A stretch of 64,000 nucleotides of DNA from Prochlorococcus sp. AG-347-B23 (GCA_003281715.1 QCBE01000004.1:7932-71931); one strand, 5' to 3'; counted from the stretch's first letter, positions 1 to 9,331 are shown. Notes: generated by a model not told the origin, from the sequence alone. A program made the numbers and translations.

Positions 1-107
1 AAAGTAAAATCAACAAATAAATAAAAAGCAATTTCATTTATTCATAATTTATAATTTTCAAAAATATTTAATTTACACAAATTCACCATATTTATTTCTT
101 GGTTTTT

Positions 108-839
108 ATGTCTTTGAAAATAATTAAAATAAGGAAATCGCAAGAAAGATTTAGATCGACTAGAGAATGGCTAAATTCGATGCATTCATTTTCTTTCGCA
201 GAGCATAGAGATCCAAAATGGGATAATTTTGGGAAAATTAGAGTTATAAACGAAGATATTATTTCTCCTAATGCAGGCTTTAATACACATTCTCATGCAA
301 ATATGGAAATCATTACTGTCGTAACAAAGGGAGTAATAACTCATAGAGACTCTTTAAACAATCTTGGAAAAATTCACAAAGATGAAGTACAAGTTATGTC
401 TGCAGGTACTGGAATCTCTCATAGCGAGAAGAATGAAGAAAATGAGAACTGTAAGTTGTTCCAGATTTGGATATACCCTCAAAAAGAAAATATCAAACCT
501 CGATATGATCAAATTCCATTAAATGAAAAGTTATGGGACAATCTTATTTTTAATTACAAAGACGGTAAAAATAATAAGCTTTTTCTAAATCAAAGTATCT
601 CTTTATGGCGTTGTAAATATAAGCCAATTAAAGAAAAAAAATTGCCATTAGAAATAGATAAATATAATTGGATACAAATAATAGAAGGTAATCTTTTATT
701 AAAAAGTAAAAACTCTAATTCAAATATACTTCTCGAATCTGGAGATGGCTTGGGTTTTGAAGTTAATTATTATGATGATGTCTCTATAGATACTGAAAAA
801 GACTTAGATTTTCTCTTGTTTTCGATGCCTTCCTTATAA
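108..839 (+). CDS. Pirin family (bicupin) protein
   Basis: W-LxSxHSFSFA, FGxIRVINED, GFxxHxHxNMEI, VQVMSAGTGISHSE and FQIWI motifs; ATG at 108 preferred over TTG at 99. Confidence 0.9.
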   Translation: MSLKIIKIRKSQERFRSTREWLNSMHSFSFAEHRDPKWDNFGKIRVINEDIISPNAGFNTHSHANMEIITVVTKGVITHRDSLNNLGKIHKDEVQVMSAGTGISHSEKNEENENCKLFQIWIYPQKENIKPRYDQIPLNEKLWDNLIFNYKDGKNNKLFLNQSISLWRCKYKPIKEKKLPLEIDKYNWIQIIEGNLLLKSKNSNSNILLESGDGLGFEVNYYDDVSIDTEKDLDFLLFSMPSL

Positions 840-853
840 TTTATATGTTACTT

Positions 854-1168
854 TTATCCATCAACTCCTTTATTAAATGCATTTAAGGCTTGCAAAGCCA
901 TATTAAGGTGAACTTCCATAGCACCAAGTGCAATTAAAGAATTTGGTGATTTATCTTTTAGTAAATTCTCTTTTCTTTTTGATAACTCATTAACTACCTT
1001 CTTAGTTGAAGCTTCCCAATTGTTTATTAACTCTTCAAATTCTTTTTTTTCGGGGCTTTCTATTTCGGCTAATTCATCAGAAAAATGAGCATCCTTTTGT
1101 GCCTTAAGCATCAAGTAACTTAATTTTTTATGACTTATTGCTTGAGGTAAATTGTTAGATTCACTCAT
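854..1168 (-). CDS. Conserved hypothetical helical protein (104 aa)
   Basis: Clean ATG-started ORF filling the gap between pirin and murD; ALGAMEVHLNMALQAL segment looks conserved; no family recognised. Confidence 0.7.
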   Translation of the reverse strand: MSESNNLPQAISHKKLSYLMLKAQKDAHFSDELAEIESPEKKEFEELINNWEASTKKVVNELSKRKENLLKDKSPNSLIALGAMEVHLNMALQALNAFNKGVDG

Positions 1169-1254
1169 TGCTAGTAGTTAATTTACATTTAAAATTTAAC
1201 TAATTAAGTGAATATTTGCTAGGGGATAAACGGTTGTGATGACCGACCTGAAAA

Positions 1255-2685
1255 TCACGAAATGATACTTGAACAAAAAATGGATTTATTAACCTTTAAT
1301 TTTTCACTTATTAGTTTCTTGAAATAATCTCCACGCTCTTCATAATTCTTAAATTGATCAAAACTAGAGCATGAAGGGGAGAATAATAATGTTCCAGCCC
1401 TATTATTTTGTAAATAATGAAAAACAAAATTTAAAAGCTCTTTTAGTTCTGAAAATTCAAAAATATTTTTTTTAAATCCTTCATTAATAAGCGCCATTTT
1501 TAGGACTTTTGAGCTTTCTCCAAAAAGGAAAACACATTTAACTTTTTTCTTTAAAACTTTTATCCACTCACTATATTGATTGCTTTTTAATCTACCCCCA
1601 GCAATTATTATTATTTGACCTTCAATTGAATTTATTCCCGCAATAGATGAGTCAAAATTTGTAGCTTTACTATCATTAATGATTTCTAGATTATTATTTT
1701 TATAAATTGTTTCCATCCTATGGGGTAATTGTTTGTAATTAGATAAAGAATCTTTAATCTTCATGCCAGATAATCCAACTTTTCTTGCTGCTGCAATAAC
1801 CAATAAAAGATTTTGAAGATTATGCATTCCTTTTAAAGCAAAATGTTCAAGTTTGAATAATTTCTTCCCTCTCTCAACAATGTATGCTTGATCATCTATC
1901 CAATAATCGCAATGAATAAAATTTGATTTATCGAAACTAGTTGTTATCCAAACCCCTCTTGATAGCGAACTGTAGTGATTTCTAAGGTTTTTATCGTCAT
2001 AATTATAAATTCTAAAATCAGATTTTTCTAACAAGCTTTTTTTTATATTGAAATAGTTTTCAAGTGTTTTATGTCTTTCAAGATGATCTTCTGTGAAGGT
2101 TGTCCATATTCCAATATTAGGTTTTACTTCTGGAGATATTTCTATTTGATAACTGCTTAATTCAGCTACAACCCAATCAATTTTTTTATGTTTTTTGGAG
2201 TGAGCATATTTACATAAAGGTGTACCAATATTTCCAGCAAAAGGAGCATATAATCCAGTATCGCAGAGTATATGGCTTAATAGATGAGTAACAGTAGTCT
2301 TGCCATTAGTGCCAGTAATACCTATCCAATTTGTGTCTTTTAAAATTTCCCATGCAACATTAATTTCTCCAATTACTTTAATTCCCTTTTTTTTTAATTC
2401 AATAATAGTGATATGGTCATAAGGTATTGATGGACTTACAACAACAGATTCGATCTCTTTCACAAAAGGTTGAATTTCTTCAAATACAAATTCTTTATTT
2501 AGAGAAACTATTATATTAAGCTCTTCTAATGCTGTTTTTCTTTCCAAGAATTCTATCCCATCTTTACTTTCCCAAACAATTACTCTCTTATTGATGCTTC
2601 TCAAATACTTGGCAGCCCAAAATCCAGATTTACCTAATCCAATTACAAGATTAATATTTCTTTTACTTAAATGATTATCTATCAT
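1255..2685 (-). CDS. murD: UDP-N-acetylmuramoyl-L-alanine--D-glutamate ligase
   Basis: [57 protein letters not shown]; ATG at 2685 is the likelier start. Confidence 0.97.
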   Translation of the reverse strand: MIDNHLSKRNINLVIGLGKSGFWAAKYLRSINKRVIVWESKDGIEFLERKTALEELNIIVSLNKEFVFEEIQPFVKEIESVVVSPSIPYDHITIIELKKKGIKVIGEINVAWEILKDTNWIGITGTNGKTTVTHLLSHILCDTGLYAPFAGNIGTPLCKYAHSKKHKKIDWVVAELSSYQIEISPEVKPNIGIWTTFTEDHLERHKTLENYFNIKKSLLEKSDFRIYNYDDKNLRNHYSSLSRGVWITTSFDKSNFIHCDYWIDDQAYIVERGKKLFKLEHFALKGMHNLQNLLLVIAAARKVGLSGMKIKDSLSNYKQLPHRMETIYKNNNLEIINDSKATNFDSSIAGINSIEGQIIIIAGGRLKSNQYSEWIKVLKKKVKCVFLFGESSKVLKMALINEGFKKNIFEFSELKELLNFVFHYLQNNRAGTLLFSPSCSSFDQFKNYEERGDYFKKLISEKLKVNKSIFCSSIIS

Positions 2686-2785
2686 TAAATTTATAATTGC
2701 ATTTATATTAATTGTGTTTAAGGGGTAATTCAATCATGAGATTTTTCTTCAGTATTTATAGTATTCGCCCAAGAAAAGTTAATTA

Positions 2786-3052
2786 ATGGAAGATAATAAT
2801 GCAAAATATTGGTTCTCTTGGTTTTATGAAAAGTGGGAGAAAAATGCTCCAGGTGAATTAATTGAACAGGGTTTAACTCCGTCTCAGATTGCTGAGCGCT
2901 TTGTTAATGAAAACCATGATAGTTTAATTCAATTGTCAAAAAAAATTGATGAAAAAAATTATGATGCCTTAACAGAATTTATGAAACTCTCAGAGAGTGA
3001 ATTACATATCTTGAAGTATTTTCTAAAGTTAGTAAAAATGAAAAATTTATAA
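2786..3052 (+). CDS. Hypothetical protein (88 aa)
   Basis: ATG-started ORF filling the gap, Trp-rich N terminus, protein-like composition; stop overlaps the convergent SDR gene. Confidence 0.65.
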   Translation: MEDNNAKYWFSWFYEKWEKNAPGELIEQGLTPSQIAERFVNENHDSLIQLSKKIDEKNYDALTEFMKLSESELHILKYFLKLVKMKNL

Positions 3053-3976
3053 GAAGTTATTAAGTATTTCGAGGCTTTTTTCCCATAAATTTTTTCTTTC
3101 TTTTTTATTCATGGCGAAAGGAGAAGTAGGGGATAATTTTGGATGACCTCTGAAATTAAATCTAGGACCATAATGATCACCGCCTCTTGCCTCTGGCGAA
3201 GTAGCTGCAAAAAGTTGAGGTAAAGCACCCATCTCAGCAGTTTGAAAAATAGGGCTAAATAATTCCAATGAGAATGTTTCTAATGGACTTGGGTTAGGTT
3301 TTTGAGCAGTAAAGAGATTTGTTTTTGCAATTCCTGGGTGAGCAGCTAAAGAAAGTATATTTTTGTGCTTTAAGTTCTCATTTAGTTCCAAAGCAAACAT
3401 TACATTTGCCAATTTGCTATTGGAGTAAGATTCCCATTTGTTGTAATAGTTCTCAGCTTTGAGATTTTTCCAACCAACTTTGCCAAAAAATTGTGCTCCG
3501 GAAGTAACCGTCACTATTCTAGATTCTTCTTTTTTTTCAATAATTGGAAGTAGCTTTAGAGTTAAAAGCATGTGAGCTAGATGATTAACTGCAAATTGTA
3601 TTTCATATCCCTGGGCACTTAGAGTTTTAGGCGGATGCATAATGCCTGCATTATTGATTAGTAAATCCAAATGTTCACAATTATCAAAAATTTTGGACTG
3701 AACTTCAACAATATTATTTAAATCTGACAAATCTAATTCTAAAGGTGTAAATAATCCTTCAGGATTAAGACCTTTAAGTTTTTTGATAGTTTGATTAGCT
3801 TTTTCAAGCGATCTACAAGCTATAACAACATGCGCATTTTTTTCTGTTAAGGCCTTTGCAGTGTAGTATCCAAGACCACTATTCGCACCAGTAATTAGCG
3901 CTGTTTTGCCTGCAAGGTTTGGAATATTAGATGTTTTCCAGTTAGAGATTTTAGGTCTTGAAATAGTGGCAGTCAT
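3047..3976 (-). CDS. Short-chain dehydrogenase/reductase (retinol dehydrogenase/POR-like subgroup)
   Basis: ITGANSGLG, LDLSDL, LINNAGIM, FAVNHLAH, YSNSK (YxxxK), AAHPG. Confidence 0.92.
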   Translation of the reverse strand: MTATISRPKISNWKTSNIPNLAGKTALITGANSGLGYYTAKALTEKNAHVVIACRSLEKANQTIKKLKGLNPEGLFTPLELDLSDLNNIVEVQSKIFDNCEHLDLLINNAGIMHPPKTLSAQGYEIQFAVNHLAHMLLTLKLLPIIEKKEESRIVTVTSGAQFFGKVGWKNLKAENYYNKWESYSNSKLANVMFALELNENLKHKNILSLAAHPGIAKTNLFTAQKPNPSPLETFSLELFSPIFQTAEMGALPQLFAATSPEARGGDHYGPRFNFRGHPKLSPTSPFAMNKKERKNLWEKSLEILNNFL

Positions 3977-4084
3977 TTAGTAATCCTGCAAATTGATTTT
4001 GGAATTTAACCAAAATTTAATTACTTTTCCACTGTAAATACTGGAAATCAGTATCGTGAGCTCTTTTGAAGGTACTATTTAATA

Positions 4085-4831
4085 TTATTTTTGAATTGCA
4101 TATTGCCATTCGTTATTTTGAGATAAACTTTTCTCTCTAAGTAACTGTAATTTCCTACTATTTATTTTTATAACTATCCCATTAGTTGGATATTTCGCAA
4201 ATATTTTTCTCTCTAACCAATTTATTTTATATATTTGGATTTCGCTTGTATGATTTGTGAAGTAACTTTCAGGGGTGCTGAAGCCACATTTTTTAAGATA
4301 GTTAAGGGTTTCGTATTGATTAAGTCTTCCATTAAGTATTTGGAAACAGCAAAAGCGGAGACTTTCTCCAATCCCTTTCTTATTGAGGTATTTTCTTGTA
4401 ATTCTTTGGGAAATGCCGGCAACTTGGTTTGTAGCGTATAGTTCACCTCTAATTTGAAAATCTCGTTTGATAGGAATACAATCGGGGACATTTTTAATTT
4501 GTTTAATTTTGCTTGAGACATCTAATCCTTTTTTTGTAATAGCTTTATTAAAATTGCCATCTATATATCTGATTGCAATAGCACAGCCATCAATTTTTGG
4601 TTGAATGCTTAATCTTGTTTTTGTTAATAAACTTTTCAAAAATTCTTTATAGTTTTCTTTAGCTAATTTTGGCAAAAGTTTCTTATTTTTTTGATTAAAG
4701 TATTCAGCCTCTGGATCAACAGGAACAAAGAGCTTTTCAAGTTGCTTAAATGCACCATCCGAAATCATGCCTTCACCTATTCTGTATTGTTCATCAAGAT
4801 ACTTAACATCTCTCACTAATAAATTATTCAT
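4085..4831 (-). CDS. Truncated NAD-dependent DNA ligase homologue (domain Ia plus adenylation domain only)
   Basis: ISD in domain Ia, motif I QPKIDG, motif III QIRGE, motif IV NGIVIK, ends at a motif V-like WQYAIQK; no OB, Zn finger, HhH or BRCT. Confidence 0.85.
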   Translation of the reverse strand: MNNLLVRDVKYLDEQYRIGEGMISDGAFKQLEKLFVPVDPEAEYFNQKNKKLLPKLAKENYKEFLKSLLTKTRLSIQPKIDGCAIAIRYIDGNFNKAITKKGLDVSSKIKQIKNVPDCIPIKRDFQIRGELYATNQVAGISQRITRKYLNKKGIGESLRFCCFQILNGRLNQYETLNYLKKCGFSTPESYFTNHTSEIQIYKINWLERKIFAKYPTNGIVIKINSRKLQLLREKSLSQNNEWQYAIQK

Positions 4832-5107
4832 AATAATTTTGATAAATATTTAAAAACCTTTTAGAAAAAATCATTTAAATAAAGATTTAAAAATTAAAAT
4901 TAATTTAAAAAGTAATTGACCACTAAATATCCTCCTACGCAGAGAGCGATTTAAGAGTATAAAATGTACGGACTAGAAGTTTAAATTAAATACTTCAATC
5001 AAACATATTTACTTAAAAGTGAAAAAGAAAATTTTAAGGATTAATTTGCAGACAAATTTTTGAAATTTCAATCAATACAAAAAAAAATTTTTTACAGTTG
5101 TTAGAAA

Positions 5108-6262
5108 ATGTCATTTTTATTAGAAGCTCAAAATACATGGGAAAATTTTGCGAAATACAAAATTAATGATTATGCAAAATTAAGAAACTTTGATTTTGGG
5201 CCAAATAAAGAAAGTTCAGTTTCAAAGTTATCACCTTTCATTTCTCATAGAATATTATCGGAATATGATCTGATTCATGATATTAAAAGTAAGTACAAAA
5301 TCAAAAATTCAACTAAATTTGTTGAAGAAATATTTTGGAGAGTTTACTGGAAAGGGTGGATGGAAAATAGACCTAAAGTTTGGCGAAATTTTATTTCAGA
5401 AAACAATCTCGATTTTGATTATGAGCTATATGAAAGTGCAGTTAATGGAAATACAGAAATAGATTTTTTTAATTCTTGGGTTCATGAATTAAAGCAGTAC
5501 AACTATTTGCACAACCATACAAGAATGTGGTTTGCGAGTACTTGGATATTTAATTTAGGCCTCCCATGGCAATTGGGAGCAAAGTTTTTCTTTAAATATC
5601 TTTTTGATGGTGATGCTGCATCTAATCTACTTAGCTGGAGATGGGTCGGAGGATTGCAAACGAAGGGAAAGCAATATTTTTTTTCATCATCAAACCTAAG
5701 AAAATTTTCAAATAATAGATTTAATTCAGAAAAAATAAGTAATCAACAAATTTTTCTTGAAGAATCTAATCAAATAACATTAGAAGATGAGATTTATAAA
5801 AATGATATGAATCCTAAATCAGATAATCTAATTATGTTTGAAAATGATCTTCACCTTGCAACCTTTAAAAATTTACTTCCAAATTATAAAAAAGTATTCA
5901 TTATCCTTTTAAAGAATGAACAAAGACAAAATAAATTGTCTGAATCTGTGATGAAATTTAAACAAGATTTGGTCTCCGAATTTGTAGAGCAATTTGATAA
6001 TGTTGAACAGATTTCTCCAAATTCCCTCGAAATTACTTTTAAAAATATTAACGAAATAGACATTATTTATCCTGGTGTGGGAGAAAATTATGATTTCATT
6101 ACTGAATTTAAAAATTTACAAAATAAAAAAATTTTTAACCTTGTTAGAGATGAAGATTTATTTGCTTGGAAATTTGCCAAAAAAGGGTTTTTCAAATTTA
6201 AAGAAAATATTCCGAAAATTAATCAGAGAATATTAGAAAATTATTCAAAAAATAATTTTTAA
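5108..6262 (+). CDS. Photolyase/cryptochrome family protein with N-terminal FAD-binding domain (NewPHL-like inverted architecture)
   Basis: YxxxRN, SKLSPFI, KFVEEIFWR, YLHNHTRMWFAS, LPWQLGA, LFDGDAASNLLSWRWVGG all within the first ~185 aa. Confidence 0.85.
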   Translation: MSFLLEAQNTWENFAKYKINDYAKLRNFDFGPNKESSVSKLSPFISHRILSEYDLIHDIKSKYKIKNSTKFVEEIFWRVYWKGWMENRPKVWRNFISENNLDFDYELYESAVNGNTEIDFFNSWVHELKQYNYLHNHTRMWFASTWIFNLGLPWQLGAKFFFKYLFDGDAASNLLSWRWVGGLQTKGKQYFFSSSNLRKFSNNRFNSEKISNQQIFLEESNQITLEDEIYKNDMNPKSDNLIMFENDLHLATFKNLLPNYKKVFIILLKNEQRQNKLSESVMKFKQDLVSEFVEQFDNVEQISPNSLEITFKNINEIDIIYPGVGENYDFITEFKNLQNKKIFNLVRDEDLFAWKFAKKGFFKFKENIPKINQRILENYSKNNF

Positions 6263-6398
6263 CTTAGTTGAATTCCTGATCAGAAAAAGAATTCATTAGA
6301 GCACTAAGTATAAATACTTAATTAGGTGCGACTTTTGCTGTTTAATCCACGATGGATACTGTGACTAGTTATTTTTACTTAAGGATAATTTTTTTATA

Positions 6399-6950
6399 GT
6401 GCTCTCAACAATTCTTACCAAGTCGTTCAGCAAAGATACTGCTTTATTAATTCTTAGAGTTATAACTGGAACTGTTCTTATTCATCACGGTTATGAGAAA
6501 TTAGCAAATATAGAAAATTTCGCTGATGCTTTTGTCAGACCTTTGCATCTTCCTTTCCCGATTTTTTTATCTTACATAGCGGCATTCTCTGAAATAGGTG
6601 GTAGTTGGCTACTAATTATCGGCTTAGCTACAAGATTTGGGGCTTTGGCAATTGTGGGAACAATTTCTGTCGCTATATATCATGCACTCGTTACTTCAGG
6701 TTTTAATATTTTCTTACTAGAGCTTTTACTTTTGTATTTCGCTTCAGCAACTTCAATTGCATTAACAGGTCCTGGCAATTTCTCCTTAGATGAAGTCATC
6801 ATCAGAATATTGAAATCAGAAGATGAAGATGAAATAACTACTTCAGCAAAATCAAAAATTCCTAAGGAAGTCGAAGTCAAAGAAGAAACAGGTAAGGGTG
6901 GTTTATTTCAATTTCTGCAAGCGAACATACTTTCAGATACTTCAAGCTAA
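6399..6950 (+). CDS. DoxX family membrane protein
   Basis: LLILRV...HHGYEKL, AAFSEIGG, GLATRFGA, GPGNFSLD; GTG start. Confidence 0.9.
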   Translation: MLSTILTKSFSKDTALLILRVITGTVLIHHGYEKLANIENFADAFVRPLHLPFPIFLSYIAAFSEIGGSWLLIIGLATRFGALAIVGTISVAIYHALVTSGFNIFLLELLLLYFASATSIALTGPGNFSLDEVIIRILKSEDEDEITTSAKSKIPKEVEVKEETGKGGLFQFLQANILSDTSS

Positions 6951-7115
6951 CTTTTTGGGATAAAGGTTATTGATTAGCTTTAACCTTTTTCGATAACTGT
7001 TTCTCTTCTCAATCTTTATCTTAATTGTTGCTTCAGAAAGACTTATAAATAGCCCTATAGCTGTCACCCAAGATAAAAAAATGAAAGGGTTTTGTGGAAT
7101 TTCTGAGAAATTCAT
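6942..7115 (-). CDS. Small putative membrane protein (57 aa), absent from ORF track
   Basis: Manual translation MNFSEIPQNPFIFLSWVTAIGLFISLSEATIKIKIEKRNSYRKRLKLINNLYPKKLA*: hydrophobic segment followed by basic tail. Confidence 0.5.
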   Translation of the reverse strand: MNFSEIPQNPFIFLSWVTAIGLFISLSEATIKIKIEKRNSYRKRLKLINNLYPKKLA

Positions 7116-7189
7116 ATGAATAATACTATTTTTTTAAAACTGACTGATCACTATATGTTTTTCAACCTAAATATACAATTTAGAAATAT

Positions 7190-7741
7190 TTAAGGATTAA
7201 TTTCAACTTTTTCCCATTTTTTAATCTTTTCCCAAAGATATCGTTTATGAACAGGCTGTTCTAATTTAAGAAGATCTACTGAATCGATTTCAAAATTTAG
7301 AACTACAAAATTTTCTGACTTGGGTAGATTGGATAATTTTTCATAAGTAGAATGGACTTTTGGGTTTATTTTCTCTCCAGGAGATCCCCAAAACCAAGAA
7401 GATTTTGATTTTTCTGATAATAAATCCCAATAATTTTTGTTATCACTTAATTCATGTATTTTCCCTTTGAATCTATATTGTGATTTGGTTTTCAAAAAAA
7501 ACCATAATATTTCTGCATTAGGGTTAGATTTTAAATGCCCAATTTTTTCACTTCTTCTATCTGTAAAAATAATCATTGAACTATTTTTATGCCATCCTCT
7601 GAAAACAACTGTTCTTAATCTTGGCTCATTTTCTTCGCTGACTGTTGCAAGCTGTATCCACCTATTAGAGGGTGATTTGCCCTCTTTTTTTCTAGAAGAT
7701 TTTAAATCTTGCCTCCAACTGGGTAAGTTGTTATCAGGCAT
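7190..7741 (-). CDS. Pyridoxamine 5'-phosphate oxidase-like FMN-binding protein
   Basis: QLATV, PRLRTVVFRG, TDRRSEK, QYRFKG, VDLLKL motifs of the split-barrel flavoproteins. Confidence 0.88.
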   Translation of the reverse strand: MPDNNLPSWRQDLKSSRKKEGKSPSNRWIQLATVSEENEPRLRTVVFRGWHKNSSMIIFTDRRSEKIGHLKSNPNAEILWFFLKTKSQYRFKGKIHELSDNKNYWDLLSEKSKSSWFWGSPGEKINPKVHSTYEKLSNLPKSENFVVLNFEIDSVDLLKLEQPVHKRYLWEKIKKWEKVEINP

Positions 7742-8351
7742 TTAATTTAGGAAATATAAGACCACTTTTCTTTTTGTATTCTTCGAATGAATCATATTTT
7801 GAGAGCGATTTATCTTTTTTTATCATTCTTGGAAGAAAAACTATAGAGAAAAATATTGCAAGAATTACTAATGGTATGAAACTCATTGAAAGTATGGCGA
7901 ATGATAGATAAATTAGTATTTCTCCTAGATAATTTGTATTCCTTATATTTTTGAAAAATCCTTCCTTAATTAGATCTTTTTTTAACTTAAGAGAAAAATA
8001 TTTTTGGGCATCACTAGCAAAGTGTAGAAACACACCAACTATATTTATAGACACAGATGCAGCTATTACGATATTTGGAACCGATTTCTGAGATGAGATA
8101 AGAATAAAGGGAGCTACCCAGTAACTTCCAAGGAAAATAAAACCAGTAACTGAAGTTAAAAAATTGATTTTTTCTTTAAAGTAAGGATCTGGGAATATCT
8201 TTTCTTTTAGAAGCCAAAGTAATCCATAAGTACCATGCAGAGCTAAATAAACGTAGGGAGCGATCGTAAAATTATCAAAAAAAACCATAAGCCCTATCAC
8301 TACAAATGCAGTGAGGCCCTTATGTAGATTAATTATTTGGTTAAGTTTCAT
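7734..8351 (-). CDS. Membrane protein, DUF1295/steroid 5-alpha-reductase/ICMT-like
   Basis: Several TM segments, DAQKY, LIKEGFFKNIRNTNYLGE, terminal YKKKSGLIFP. Confidence 0.8.
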   Translation of the reverse strand: MKLNQIINLHKGLTAFVVIGLMVFFDNFTIAPYVYLALHGTYGLLWLLKEKIFPDPYFKEKINFLTSVTGFIFLGSYWVAPFILISSQKSVPNIVIAASVSINIVGVFLHFASDAQKYFSLKLKKDLIKEGFFKNIRNTNYLGEILIYLSFAILSMSFIPLVILAIFFSIVFLPRMIKKDKSLSKYDSFEEYKKKSGLIFPKLNA

Positions 8352-8418
8352 CTTTTTTAATAATCTAAAAAATGAAATTATTTTCTGTGGATATAACCTA
8401 GGTCGTCAAAAGTTTTAA

Positions 8419-8490
8419 TGGGCGATACTGGATTCGAACCAGTGGCCACTACCGTGTCGAGGTAGTGCTCTACCACTGAGCTAATCGCCC
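8419..8490 (-). tRNA. tRNA-Val(GAC)
   Basis: GGGCGATTAGCTCAGTGGTAGAGCACTACCTCGACACGGTAGTGGCCACTGGTTCGAATCCAGTATCGCCCA; cloverleaf, anticodon GAC, no encoded CCA. Confidence 0.97.
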
Positions 8491-8539
8491 CAATTGAGGA
8501 ATTTTTAGTCCCCCTTATAAGAAAATAGCAGGTTGCGTT

Positions 8540-9331
8540 TCATTTTCTAAGTAATTTAACTTTCCATCGTTCTCTTTTGGTTATTTCTAAATTTAGAATT
8601 TCGATAAATCCTTTATTTTCAAGTTCTAGTTTGTCGCCAATTTTTAGATTAATTGTTGGCTTATTAACTTTGCTTCCATTTAATCTGAGCATTCCATTTT
8701 CTATCCTTTCAATGATTTTGGTTCGTGATACTCTAAAGCCAGCTGAAGCTATCGCATCTAATCTTGTTGAAGCTTCTACTGTATTGACAAGTTTTTTTGA
8801 TCTTCCAGAAGGTATTTGTAATTCATCTATGCCTACTACATTAACTTTTACTTTTACGTCTCTTAAATAAAAAATCTTTTCATCTATATGCTTAATATCT
8901 GAATTATCAATTATCCCTTGTGCTCCCCTATCGCCAATAGTCCATATATCTCCAACTTTTATTTGATTAACCCCATTTTCAATTAAGAGGGATCTAAATT
9001 CGTCTTGTGAAGCATTATCAAATAAAAAATTTCCAATAATTTTTATTCCTTGAGCTGGAAAATTACTTTTTAGCGCATCCTCTTCAGGAATATTATCTCC
9101 TCTAAAGCAAGCTATCCTAGATCTTTGAGAAGAGGAGAATCCTCCATAAATAAAAAATTTAAAATCATTTAAATTTTCAAAATCTTTTAGAATCTCTTCG
9201 CAAACATAAGTTGAATAAAACCCAGTCCAATAAGTTTCCCAGTGTTTGTAAGCTAAGTTAGCAATATTTATTAATTCCTCAGTTTCTTTTTTGTAGTTTG
9301 AATTTATTAGGATATCTTTTAAGTCAATCAT
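8540..9331 (-). CDS. YlmH/Sll1252-type S4-domain RNA-binding protein
   Basis: GNFLFD, VGDIW, EASTRLDAIASAGFRVSR followed by an S4 domain. Confidence 0.9.
   Translation of the reverse strand: MIDLKDILINSNYKKETEELINIANLAYKHWETYWTGFYSTYVCEEILKDFENLNDFKFFIYGGFSSSQRSRIACFRGDNIPEEDALKSNFPAQGIKIIGNFLFDNASQDEFRSLLIENGVNQIKVGDIWTIGDRGAQGIIDNSDIKHIDEKIFYLRDVKVKVNVVGIDELQIPSGRSKKLVNTVEASTRLDAIASAGFRVSRTKIIERIENGMLRLNGSKVNKPTINLKIGDKLELENKGFIEILNLEITKRERWKVKLLRK

Noticed and set aside
1255-1290. Odd MurD C-terminal tail ([10 protein letters not shown]), possible stop-codon loss
   Set aside because: Cannot be judged without orthologue alignment and is probably neutral
4956-4970. AGTATAAAATGTACG in the ligase-like/photolyase spacer as a LexA or NtcA site
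   Set aside because: GTA-N7-TAC spacing fits neither LexA (N6) nor NtcA (N8)
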